Source: an uncultured Phycisphaerales bacterium
Lineage (GTDB): Bacteria > Planctomycetota > Phycisphaerae > Tepidisphaerales > Tepidisphaeraceae
Reading direction: 5' to 3'
Length of the DNA: 64,000 bases
Assembly: GCA_963758525.1 (NCBI GenBank)
Contig: CAVWVQ010000002.1
Coordinates: 224,001-288,000, forward strand
Part shown: positions 20,140 through 30,255 of the stretch, piece by piece
Layout: the number at the start of each line of letters is the position of its first letter
Numbering within the stretch: the stretch's first letter is position 1
Made by a program: the position numbers and the translations under genes
The notes under the pieces: generated by a model
What the model was told of the DNA's origin: nothing
The model's database searches: none
The model's input: the letters and a program-made list of their open reading frames with translations, nothing else

Positions 20140-23100
20140 GCGGACAAGCGGAAGTCGTGAAAGACAATACAACCTGCAACACTTCGGATTGCGGCTGCTC
20201 TGTTCCGCGGCGCGGCTTCCTTCAACTCACGGGGTTGGGCGCGCTTGCCGTGCTGATGCGCAATGTCCCGGCGATGGCCGGCCCGTTCGAGAGGGCCGAC
20301 TTCAATGATTTGGTCCCGGAGGACAAGAAGCTCTCTCCCGAATGGATCAAGTCTTTGTTCGATCGGGGGGAGCCGACGGTCTATCGCGGCGACGATCTCA
20401 AGTACATCGGTATGCCCGTCGGGGGAATCACCACCGGGCAGCTTTACCTCGGCGGCGACGGGAAGCTCTGGCTCTGGGATATTTTCAATAAGCGGCACGC
20501 CACCGGCGCTGAGAATTACGCACACCCCGTCATTCCCCATTCGCCGCTCGCACAGGGATTCTCCCTTTCGATTGGAACCGGCAACGCGTCAGACCGGCGT
20601 TCGCTCGATGCGAAGGGATTCTCCGACATCTCCTTCCGCGGGCAATATCCGATTGGGACCGTCGAATATCGCGACGCCAACAGTCCGCTCGCGGTGAAGT
20701 TGGAGGCGTTTTCCCCGTTCATCCCGTTGAGTGTAGATGATTCCAGCCTGCCGCTGACGATCATGCAATTCACGCTGAAGAACACGGGCGCGGAACACAT
20801 CAATGCGGAGTTGACCGGCTACCTGGAAAATGCCGTCGGACTCTACAGCGAGGAGGAGGTGAACTACGTCCGCAAGAACGATGTCACCCGCGACGGCGCC
20901 CGCCTGCTTCTGCTAAATTGCTCGGCCGTCGCGCCCGCAACCGCCGAGTCGCACCGCGCACCGATTGTGTTCGAGGATTTTGAGGGACCCGACTACGGGA
21001 AATGGACGGTCGAGGGAACCGCGTTCGGCAAGGGACCGGTCAAGGGTGACGCAACGAGCGAAAACCTCAGCGGCTATCTCGGCAAGTCTCTGGTGAACTC
21101 CTATGCGGCTGGCGGATCGGACGAACCCCAGGGCAAGCTGACTTCGCCGGAGTTTGCGATTCAGCGGCAATACATCAATTTTCTCATCGGCGGGGGGAAT
21201 CATCCGAAGGGAACCTGCATCAATCTCATCATCGACGGCAAGGTGAGGCGCTCATCCACCGGCCGTAACTCGCACGACTTGATCTGGGAATCGTGGAACC
21301 TTCGGGAATTACAGGGAAAGACGGCGCATATCGAGATTGTGGACCACGCTTCGGACCGCTGGGGGCACATCGATATCGACCAGATCGAATTTTCCGATGC
21401 CCCGCGCAACGAGCGCCCTGCCGCCGAGCGGGAAGATTTCGGAACGATGACGCTCGCGCTGCTCGATCCGGCTGACGCCGATCGTGGAATTGCGATCGGC
21501 TCGCTGGACCCGGCAAAAAACACCTTCACCGAAACGGCGCCGGCGACCACTCCAGCCAATCCCGAGTCGAACCCCAAGCCGGTGGGCGCACTGGTGCGCA
21601 AGATCTCGCTTGACGCCGGGGCGACGCATGTCGCGACGTTTGTCGTTGCCTGGCACTTTCCCAACCTGCGCGTCGACGGAGTGCGGACTGCTGCCGGCCG
21701 ACATTACGCGACGCGGTTCAAATCGTCCGACGCGGCGGTCAAATATCTCGCCGAGCATTTCGATCGCCTAGCCTCCACAACCCGGCTGTGGTGCGACACC
21801 CATTACGACTCAACCCTCCCCTATTGGTTCCTCGATCGCACGCACCAGAACATCAGTGTGCTGGCAACCAGCACGGCCTACCGCTTTTCCGATGGCAGGT
21901 TTTACGGAAACGAAGGCGTCGGCTGCTGTGCCGGCACGTGCACCCATGTCTGGCAATATGAGCAGGCGATGGGCCGGCTTTTCCCGGAGCTGGACATTTT
22001 GCTGCGGGAATGGGCCGACTTCAATCCGAAGATCGGCATGAATCCCGACGGCATGATCGATCATCGCGGCGAATTCCACGCCGGCGAAGCGATCGATGGT
22101 CAAGCAGGAACTGTTCTTCGGGCGTACCGCGATCATCAGATGTCTCCTGACAATGAGTTTCTCAAGCGGAATTACCCCAGCATTAAAAAAGCAATGCAGT
22201 GGCTCATCGGGCAGGACGGACAAGACGGGACCGAAGACGGCATTCTCCGCGGCGCGCAACACAACACGCTCGACGTGGAATGGTACGGGCCCGTCGCATG
22301 GCTCAGCGGGCTATACCTCGCGAGCCTCCGTGCGACTGTGGAGATGGCGACCGAAGCGGGTGATGACGAATTTGCGAAACATTGCCGGAAGATCTTCGAA
22401 GTCGGCCAGAAGACATTCGTCGATCTCCTCTTCAACGGCGAGTACTTCCAGAACATCCCCGACCCCAAGCACCTGGATGCGATCAACTCCGGAAGCGGTT
22501 GCGAGATCGACCAGGTGATGGGGCAGAGCTGGGCGTTTCAGGTTGGACTGGGCCGTATTCTTCCGGAAAAGGAGACGCGCACCGCCTTGGCGTCGCTCTG
22601 GAAATACAATTTCTCGCCCGACGTTGGCGTCTATCGCAAGGCCAACAAACCTGGCCGATGGTATGCCATGCCCGGCGAGGCGGGGCTGCTGATCTGCACG
22701 TTCCCCCGGCCGGATTGGGACTACGACAAAGCGAGCGGGAAAGGACCGCAATGGGCCGCCGGTTATTTCAACGAATGCCAGAACGGATACGAGCACGAAG
22801 TCGCGGGCCACATGATCTGGGAAGGTCTTTTGCTGGAGGGCCTGGCGGTCGAACGCGCCGTTCACGACCGCTACCACGCTTCGCGGCGCAATCCGTGGAA
22901 CGAGGTCGAGTGCGGCGATCACTACGCGCGATCCATGGCCAGCTACGGATTGTTTGTCGCGGCGTGCGGATATGAATATCACGGGCCCAAGGGCCGGCTC
23001 GCATTTGCGCCGCGATTGTCGCCCGAAAACTTCAAGGCCTCCTTCACCAGCGCCCAGGGTTGGGGCACCTTCGCCCAGCAGTCAGATCAGGCCGCCCATA

Positions 23101-23312
23101 AAGCGCAGATCGAAATCAAGTACGGCACGCTGCGTCTCCGTACGCTGGCCCTTACCCTGCCGACGAAGCTGGAGCCTGCAAATGCGGTCGTTTCATTGAA
23201 CGGCCAGCCGGTTCAGGTGAAGCACGACATTGCGGATCGCACGGTGACGATAGACTTCGTCGCCGAAATAAGCATCGCGAAGGACCAACGACTGGAAGTA
23301 ACGATCTCGTGA
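20136..23312 (+). CDS. GH116-like glycoside hydrolase, Tat-exported
   Basis: PRRGFL Tat motif; IGMPVGGI, NEGVGCCAGTCTHVW, NPWNEVECGDHYARSM. Confidence 0.85.
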   Translation: MSGQAEVVKDNTTCNTSDCGCSVPRRGFLQLTGLGALAVLMRNVPAMAGPFERADFNDLVPEDKKLSPEWIKSLFDRGEPTVYRGDDLKYIGMPVGGITTGQLYLGGDGKLWLWDIFNKRHATGAENYAHPVIPHSPLAQGFSLSIGTGNASDRRSLDAKGFSDISFRGQYPIGTVEYRDANSPLAVKLEAFSPFIPLSVDDSSLPLTIMQFTLKNTGAEHINAELTGYLENAVGLYSEEEVNYVRKNDVTRDGARLLLLNCSAVAPATAESHRAPIVFEDFEGPDYGKWTVEGTAFGKGPVKGDATSENLSGYLGKSLVNSYAAGGSDEPQGKLTSPEFAIQRQYINFLIGGGNHPKGTCINLIIDGKVRRSSTGRNSHDLIWESWNLRELQGKTAHIEIVDHASDRWGHIDIDQIEFSDAPRNERPAAEREDFGTMTLALLDPADADRGIAIGSLDPAKNTFTETAPATTPANPESNPKPVGALVRKISLDAGATHVATFVVAWHFPNLRVDGVRTAAGRHYATRFKSSDAAVKYLAEHFDRLASTTRLWCDTHYDSTLPYWFLDRTHQNISVLATSTAYRFSDGRFYGNEGVGCCAGTCTHVWQYEQAMGRLFPELDILLREWADFNPKIGMNPDGMIDHRGEFHAGEAIDGQAGTVLRAYRDHQMSPDNEFLKRNYPSIKKAMQWLIGQDGQDGTEDGILRGAQHNTLDVEWYGPVAWLSGLYLASLRATVEMATEAGDDEFAKHCRKIFEVGQKTFVDLLFNGEYFQNIPDPKHLDAINSGSGCEIDQVMGQSWAFQVGLGRILPEKETRTALASLWKYNFSPDVGVYRKANKPGRWYAMPGEAGLLICTFPRPDWDYDKASGKGPQWAAGYFNECQNGYEHEVAGHMIWEGLLLEGLAVERAVHDRYHASRRNPWNEVECGDHYARSMASYGLFVAACGYEYHGPKGRLAFAPRLSPENFKASFTSAQGWGTFAQQSDQAAHKAQIEIKYGTLRLRTLALTLPTKLEPANAVVSLNGQPVQVKHDIADRTVTIDFVAEISIAKDQRLEVTIS

Positions 23313-23405
23313 TGGGCGTGCGCCAAATCTTCCGAGGCGTGCTTGTCGTGCTGCTTTCAGCACCCGCAAGCCAAACCGCAATGAAGGCGTTAGACTGCCA
23401 TCATT

Positions 23406-25402
23406 ATGACGCGGTCTGATCGATACCTTGTTTTCGCACTCCCCATAGTCATCGCCTGGTTCATCCCTCTCTCATCGCTGGCTGACGTCAAACTCGCGGG
23501 CCTGTTCGGCGACCACATGGTGCTCCAGCGCGACATGCCGGTGCGCGTTTGGGGCTGGGCGGATCCTGGGGAGCAGGTGAGCGTAAGCATCGCCGGCCAA
23601 AGCAAATCCGCCGCTGCGGGACCCGACGGGTCCTGGATGGTGACGTTGGACCCGCTGCACGCAGGAGCGCCCTTGCGCTCGTCGTGCAAGGCAAGAACAC
23701 GATAACGTTCTCCGATGTGCTGGTCGGCGAGGTCTGGATCGCGTCGGGTCAGTCCAACATGACGCTGTCGGTCAAGGACGCGCTCAACGGGCGCGCTGAG
23801 GCCGCCACGTCGGAAGATCCGCAGTTGCGGATGTTCACCGTCCCGCGCCAGGGCAGCCTGGAGCCGCAATCAGATGTCAAAGCCGCTTGGGAATCCGCCA
23901 ATCCCGATCACGTCAGTTCATGGACGGCGGTCGGCTATTTCTATGCGCGTCAATTGCGCCGCGAACTGAACGTGCCGGTTGGAATCATCCACTCTTCTTT
24001 CGGCGGCACGCCTGCCGAGGCGTGGACGAGCCGATCCGCGCTGGAGAGCGATCCGGAATTCAAGAACGCGGTCGACGAGCAAATCGCGGTGATGCGGCGG
24101 TATCCGGAAGATCAGAACGCGTATCCGCAATTGCTGCAGGCTTGGATCACCAGCAACGGCGCACAGGACAGCGACGCTCCCGCCGCGCCCCCGGAGTGGG
24201 CAAGGCCTGAGTTTGACGACTCCGGATGGAAAAGAATTGAAGTGCCGGTCAATCTTGAAGGGCTGGGATTGAAGGGCGGCGGAATCGTCTGGTTTCGCAA
24301 GAGCATAACGCTGCCGCAGACCGCGGCGCAGCAGGATACGGAACTCAACGCGCTCTGGCTGCATCACGCCGCGACGATGTATTTCAATGGAGTCGAGATC
24401 AAGGACCATTCGGGCGCAAAGAAGCTCTGGGGCGAGCAACTGCGCTTTCGCATTCCCAAATCATTGATCCATCCCGGCCAGCCGAACCTCGTTGCAATTC
24501 GTCTCCATGCCTTGACGCAGGACGGTGGTTTCGATGTGCATACCCGGCATATGGGGTTCGCGGTCGCCGATCCGTCGCTGCTCGATGACCGTTGGGCATT
24601 TCATGTGGAAAAGGCGTTTCCCGACTTGTCGCCGCAGGCGCGCAATTCATTGCCCAAGCCCCCCGCCGCCAAAATCGAACACACGCCGGACGGGCTGTTC
24701 AACGCGATGATCAATCCGCTGATTCCATATGCGATCCGCGGCGTCATCTGGTACCAGGGAGAAAGCAACGGCGGGCGTCATGCTCAATACAGAAAGCTGC
24801 TGACCCTCCTCATCCAAGACTGGCGCTCTCGCTGGGGCGAAGCCGATTTTCCGTTCCTGATCGAGCAATTGGCAAATTATAACGACCCGCCAAAGGAGCC
24901 TGGCGAAGCCGTCGAAGCAGCGGTGCGTGAAGCTCAACTCCAGGTGGCTCAGAGCGTGCCGCACACCGGGCTCGCGGTGGCAATCGACATCGGCGAAGTA
25001 AACATTCATCCCAAGAACAAACAGGAAGTCGGGCGACGCCTGGCGCTGGTCGCGATGGCCAAAGTCTACGGACGCAACATGGTTGGCTCCGGGCCGATCT
25101 ACCAGTCGATGGCCGTCGAGAAAAGCCAGATTCGCATCAGGTTCACGGAGGTGGACGGCGGCCTGGTCGCGAAAGACGGCCCGCTCAAGCGTTTCGCGAT
25201 CGCGGGCGAGGATCACAAGTTTGTCTGGGCGGAAGCTCGCATTGAGGGCGAGACGGTTGTCGTTTCATCCCCGCAAGTGATTAAACCGCTTGCCGTGCGC
25301 TACGCATGGGCGAGCAATCCCGAAGGCGCCAATCTCTACAACGCCGCAGGGCTCCCGGCTTCTCCGTTCCGAACCGATGCCCCATCCGGCGATGGCAGAT
25401 AG
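23406..25402 (+). CDS. Sialate O-acetylesterase family protein (frameshift near 23675)
   Basis: GDHMVLQR in one frame; GEVWIASGQSNM, WYQGESN, IHPKNK in the next. Confidence 0.85.
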
Positions 25403-25418
25403 ATTGCAAATCGCGGGA

Positions 25419-26339
25419 TCAAGCGATCTGTAAGCCGCCCTTCGCAAGCCGGCTAATTCGATCGCCGCTCATTTCCAAACGCCCCTGAACAACGTCATCC
25501 AGAAGTTCGAGCGTGTCGAGCAGGCGCGGCCCCGGACGGTTGAAGAACTGCGAGCCATCGGCAACAAAAATCTGATTCTTGCGGTGCGCGGAGAGTGCTT
25601 CCCACGGCAGATCCGAAAGACGCTCGAATTCGTCAACGGAGCGCTCGATAGAGAATCCGCAGCAGGCAATGACAATGATCTGGGGATCAGCCGCCGCCAC
25701 CTCGGAAAAAGCAAGCTGCCGCGAGCGCTCCCCCGCCGCGCAAAGAACCGGAATCGCCCCGGCAAGCGAGATGAGCTGCGGATTCCAATGACCGGCAGAA
25801 AATAACGGATCGAGCCATTCGAGAACCAGCAGCGCCGGTCGGCCGCGCGCCGATGATGCGCGGGCGACTACACGGCTCTTCCTCTTCTCCAGTTGATTCA
25901 CAAGGCATGTCGCGGCATCGGCCGCACCAAGCTCGCGGCCAAGGAGAGCGATGTCCGCCAGCACATCATCGAGGGTCATCGGCGCCAGTTCGATCACCCG
26001 CGGACAACCTGGGAGATCCGCGCACAGCGAACGGACTCGTACCGGATCGACGGCACAAACGGGACAGAGCCCTTGCGTAACAATCGCGTCAGGCCTGAGC
26101 CGTCGAATCAGCGGCTCATCGAGCTCGAAGAGCGCTTCGCCTCGTCCCAGCAAGTCCCGAACGGCCTGGTCGATCTCGCTGCCAGCCGCTGACGCGTTGA
26201 TGCGCGAACGCGTGACAACTGGCTTGCCCTTCGCGGCGGGGGGAAAGTCGCATTCGTGCGAAACGCCGACGATCTGATCGCCCAGGCCCAGTGCGGAAAT
26301 GATTTCAGTGGCGGCTGGAAGCAGTGATAGAATTCGCAT
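25419..26339 (-). CDS. Cobalamin/iron ABC substrate-binding protein (BtuF-like)
   Basis: RILSLLPAATEI, VGVSHECDFP, FFNRPGPRL. Confidence 0.85.
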   Translation of the reverse strand: MRILSLLPAATEIISALGLGDQIVGVSHECDFPPAAKGKPVVTRSRINASAAGSEIDQAVRDLLGRGEALFELDEPLIRRLRPDAIVTQGLCPVCAVDPVRVRSLCADLPGCPRVIELAPMTLDDVLADIALLGRELGAADAATCLVNQLEKRKSRVVARASSARGRPALLVLEWLDPLFSAGHWNPQLISLAGAIPVLCAAGERSRQLAFSEVAAADPQIIVIACCGFSIERSVDEFERLSDLPWEALSAHRKNQIFVADGSQFFNRPGPRLLDTLELLDDVVQGRLEMSGDRISRLAKGGLQIA

Positions 26340-26449
26340 CAGAAAGACTCCCTGGAAAGCCCTGGTTGTTAAGCTTCCGAGTTACGTTGCCATCTTATCC
26401 GCCAGGGTCGCAGGACAGAAACAAAATGGACACCAATCGCGCAAGGTTA

Positions 26450-28320
26450 TTAGTGACCGAGGATCGGCGCGGACACAGGTTCGAGCGCTTTCGAATCAAT
26501 CGGCGGACTGTGTTGTGCCGGGCTTGGATGCACCGCGGCGCTCAATCTCACGGCAAGCAGCGTCACGTCGTCCGCCCGGGCGGATTCGCTTCGGAAACCG
26601 GTCACCGCGCTGACAACCGCATCAATCAAGGCCTGCGCCCCGCCCCTGGCTTGCGCCGCGCAGCTGATCAGACGCTTGACGCCAAAACGCTCGCCCGCGG
26701 GGTTTTCGGAGTCGACCACGCCATCGGTATAGAGCAATAGGCTGTCACCGGCGCGAATCGTGAACGACTGGGTGTGATATTTCGAGTTCGACTCGACACC
26801 AAGCACCAGGTCCGGTTCGGCCCGCACCGCCGCGGCACCGGCGTGCGACGCCAGCAACGGCAGCGGATGGCCAGCGCTGGCCAGATCGACACGGCCGTTT
26901 TGCGCGTCGATGATCAGCAGCACCATCGTGACAAACTGCCCGTTGAACGCCTGCACGCAAAGCTGATGATTGACCTGCTGGAGGCATTTGCCGGGATCGC
27001 ATAATCCCGGGAGCGTGGTGCGGACGAGCAATTGCGTGCTCGCCATCAGAAACGCGGCGGACATTCCGTGTCCGGTGACATCTCCGATGGCGACCGCGGT
27101 TCGCCCGTCGGGAAGATCAAACCAATTGTAGAAGTCGCCACTGATATGGCTCGCCGGTTCGTTGGCGGTGGCGACGTCCAGGCCGGCGTCAGCCGGGCGC
27201 CCTGCGGAAGCCAGGCGAGCTGAATCTTGCGCGCCTCGGCGATTTCGCGGTCGATCAGCGCGTGCCGCAGTTTTTCGAGCCGCGCGCGGTTGCGGATCAG
27301 TTGCGTGGCGGTCGAGACGAGAATCGCCGTCATCGAGATGGCAAGAAAGACGGCCCAGAAGAGCGCCCGTCCGAAGAACTGCCGGACGATGGCATCGACG
27401 TCGGCGAGCGGCGCGGTGAGCATGACAAACCAGTGATGATCGTTGACGTAGACCGGCTCGGTGGTCACCAGTGACGGGCCGATCGCGACGTCGCCCATGT
27501 GAAAGCCGGACCCGAGCGTGCGCGTGCCGCGAAAGCCGTTTGCCGCCAGCGACGCGACGGCGGAGAGAATGTCCGGGCTGCCGATCGCCGACAATTCCTT
27601 GCCGACCAGTTGTCTGTGGCCGGTGGTGAGAATCTGCAGCGAGTCGTTGACGAGAAACGTTGCGGCTGCGTCGGCGTTGTCATTGAGCTCGTTGAGGAAC
27701 CATTGCTCCACGCGCCTGGTGGGGACCGCGGCGACGATGATCGCATCGCGGCCGCCCGTGAGAGACGGAATCGCCACGAAATGAAAACCGCGATTGTCGA
27801 TGAGCCGAAAATCGCTCATGGCCGGCTGCTTGAGCGTTTTGAGCCAGGGCCCGATCTGCGCGACAATCTCGGCCGCCGACGGCTCTGTCTCATTGCGACC
27901 GATGCCAACCCACCGCACGTGAAATGCCCCCTTGTCGACCGTGAACAGATGCGAGACACGGCCTTCCAACTGCCGATTGAGGATCATCGGGCCGATGATC
28001 CCCGCAGCCGCCCGACCGGCGGGAGTGCTGGGCTGTGATGCCGGCATGCGCTGACTGACATATTCCGTATCGGGGTCGTCCGGATTCACCGGCCGCATCA
28101 TGATCAGATCGCTGAGAATCGAGTCGTAGTAGCTCTGCACGCCGCGAGCGGTTTCCTCCGCCAAAAGCGTCTGGCGGCGCTCGGCCTGCGCCAACGCATG
28201 CTGGCGTGCCGATTGATAAACTTCGCGCGCGGCCAGGAAGACCAGGATCAGCACGGCCATCAGCAGCGCGAAATGAATCAGCAGAACATTGCGGGCAAAA
28301 CGCCGAACCGCAGTTTCCAT
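26450..28320 (-). CDS. Membrane sensor SpoIIE/PP2C-type phosphatase (frameshift near 27185)
   Basis: Two TM helices; GDFY..GDVTGHG, SAGH, YTDGV, DDVT split across two frames. Confidence 0.85.
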
Positions 28321-28358
28321 TTGGCAGATTGTAAGAGAACCGATGGAGGGCCGGAAGC

Positions 28359-28738
28359 CACTCTGAATTCTTTAGCCGCCTCGCTTGCGAGGCGTGTCGA
28401 GTTGCGCGATTATCACAGCGCTGGCTGCGCCCGCAACCCAAAGAAGAAAATTTAACCGCGGATGAACGCGGATAAACGCGGATAGAAAGACAGGCAGCGA
28501 GACAGCACGCTCACGCTCGGCTCTTGGGAAGCGTTTTCCGCCTTCTGTCTTATCCGCGTTCATCCGCGTTCATCCGCGGTTAAAGCTCTTTCTGGTTTGA
28601 TTTTTGTTCTGAGTAATTCGCGCACGCTGCGAAGATTTTGATGGGTTGTGGCACAAATGGCGCCGGTCTGAGCATTCGCGCAACTGGCCGCGCCTCGCAA
28701 GCGAGGCGGCTAACTAAAGACTTCGGAGTGCTGCGCAC
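28359..28738. mobile_element. MITE-like element interrupted by a second palindromic insertion (28418-28655)
   Basis: Both halves match the intact 146-bp element at 32579-32724. Confidence 0.7.
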
Positions 28739-28902
28739 GCGGAAAGGGATCAATTTCCGCGAACAAGCTGAAGGACGCGCGAGAAGGGGGCTTTTTGCAT
28801 AAAGCAGCGTTGGGAGTCACGCCCAATTCCATCCACGCCTGCTGTTCACCCCAAAATCCACAAACGTTTTGTGTACAATCGCGCCGGCAATCGGATCGCT
28901 TC

Positions 28903-29660
28903 ATGGCAAAGGCAACCGTCGACAATGTCACTCGCGTCTTCCCCGCCACGCAGTGGTCGCTGGTGCAAAAGGCGGGTGGCGCCGTGCGCTGGAAATGCGC
29001 GAGGCGCTCGACGCGCTCCTGCGTCGTTACATCCCCGCGTTGAGAGTGCATCTGACGATGGATCGCCTCGTCGCGCCTGACGAGGTCGATGATCTGATTC
29101 AGGGGTTCATCTCCGACAAGATCATCGAGCGTAATCTGGTCGGGCTGGCCGACCGTTCTCGAGGAAAGTTTCGCACACTGTTGCTCAAAGCGCTCGACAG
29201 CTACTGCATCGATCAGCATCGTGCCGCTCGAGCGCTCAAGCGTGCGCCGGCGGAAGACGCCCACAGCCTCGACGATCGGGCATTTGCAATCGCCGGCCCC
29301 GATGAGCGAGCGGCCCGGGACGCCGCCTTCGATGCCGAATGGGCCCGGCAACTGCTCAGCGGAGCAGTGGATCGCATGAAAGCAGAGTGCGCCGGCCCCG
29401 AGAAGACAACCATGTGGGTCCTTTTCGAGGAGCGGATTTTGCGACCAGCTTTCGAAGGAGCCGCGCCGATGGAGTACGAGGCTCTCGTCGATCGGCTTCG
29501 CCTGCAGTCACCGAGCCAGGCTGCGAATATGCTGGTGACGGCAAAGCGCATGCTCGTCCGACACCTGCGCGCGGCCATCGCCGAGTATGCCATGGATGAA
29601 GCGGAGGTCGAGCAGGAGTTGAGCGATCTCCGCCAGGTGCTGTCATCGATTGGACGCTGA
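28903..29660 (+). CDS. ECF-type sigma factor (frameshift near 28985)
   Basis: FPATQWSLV N-terminus, then DDLIQGF, RGKFRTLL, FDAEWA. Confidence 0.8.
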
Positions 29661-29724
29661 ATTCGAACATTTATTTCGCCCGCGCAGTTCCGCCTGGCGT
29701 TTACGTAGATTAATTTGAGTCACT

Positions 29725-30255
29725 GTGGAGGAAGTGTTGCCCGCCGACCCGAAAACCCACGACTCCCGCCTGCTGGCCGATCTCTTCGATGAGCACGCCA
29801 CGCAAATCTGGAGTGACGATGATCTGGCCGCCATCTACCGCCATCAAATGTCGGTGGCGGTCACGATCGGCGTGAGCGATATTCGCCCCGGCGGCGCCGC
29901 GAAGTTTGCCACGCTCTGCACCGCGCGCGGACTGCTTCTCAAGAGTTTCGGCGATCTCCTCGCCCACCCCAATCCCCCGCTCGAACTGCTCCAGATGATG
30001 AAACGCTTTGCCAAGGCGATGCGCAATCACCCCGAGGCGCCGATCCCGGCGGCCGTTGCCAACATCTGCTATTACGCCGCCATCGCAGCCGCGATGGTCC
30101 GCGGCGGCCAGCGAATCTCCCGGCTCGATAACGACACCCTTCGACAAGGGTTGAACTGGTCCGCCTCCCAGTCCTGGATTGATGAACCGACGCGGTCTTT
30201 GCTGCGCGAGGCGTGCGCGTCAATCCCGAACGACACGGTTGAGGCACAGCCATGA
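29725..30255 (+). CDS. Hypothetical protein between sigma factor and kinase
   Basis: 176-aa ORF overlapping the kinase start (ATGA). Confidence 0.65.
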   Translation: MEEVLPADPKTHDSRLLADLFDEHATQIWSDDDLAAIYRHQMSVAVTIGVSDIRPGGAAKFATLCTARGLLLKSFGDLLAHPNPPLELLQMMKRFAKAMRNHPEAPIPAAVANICYYAAIAAAMVRGGQRISRLDNDTLRQGLNWSASQSWIDEPTRSLLREACASIPNDTVEAQP

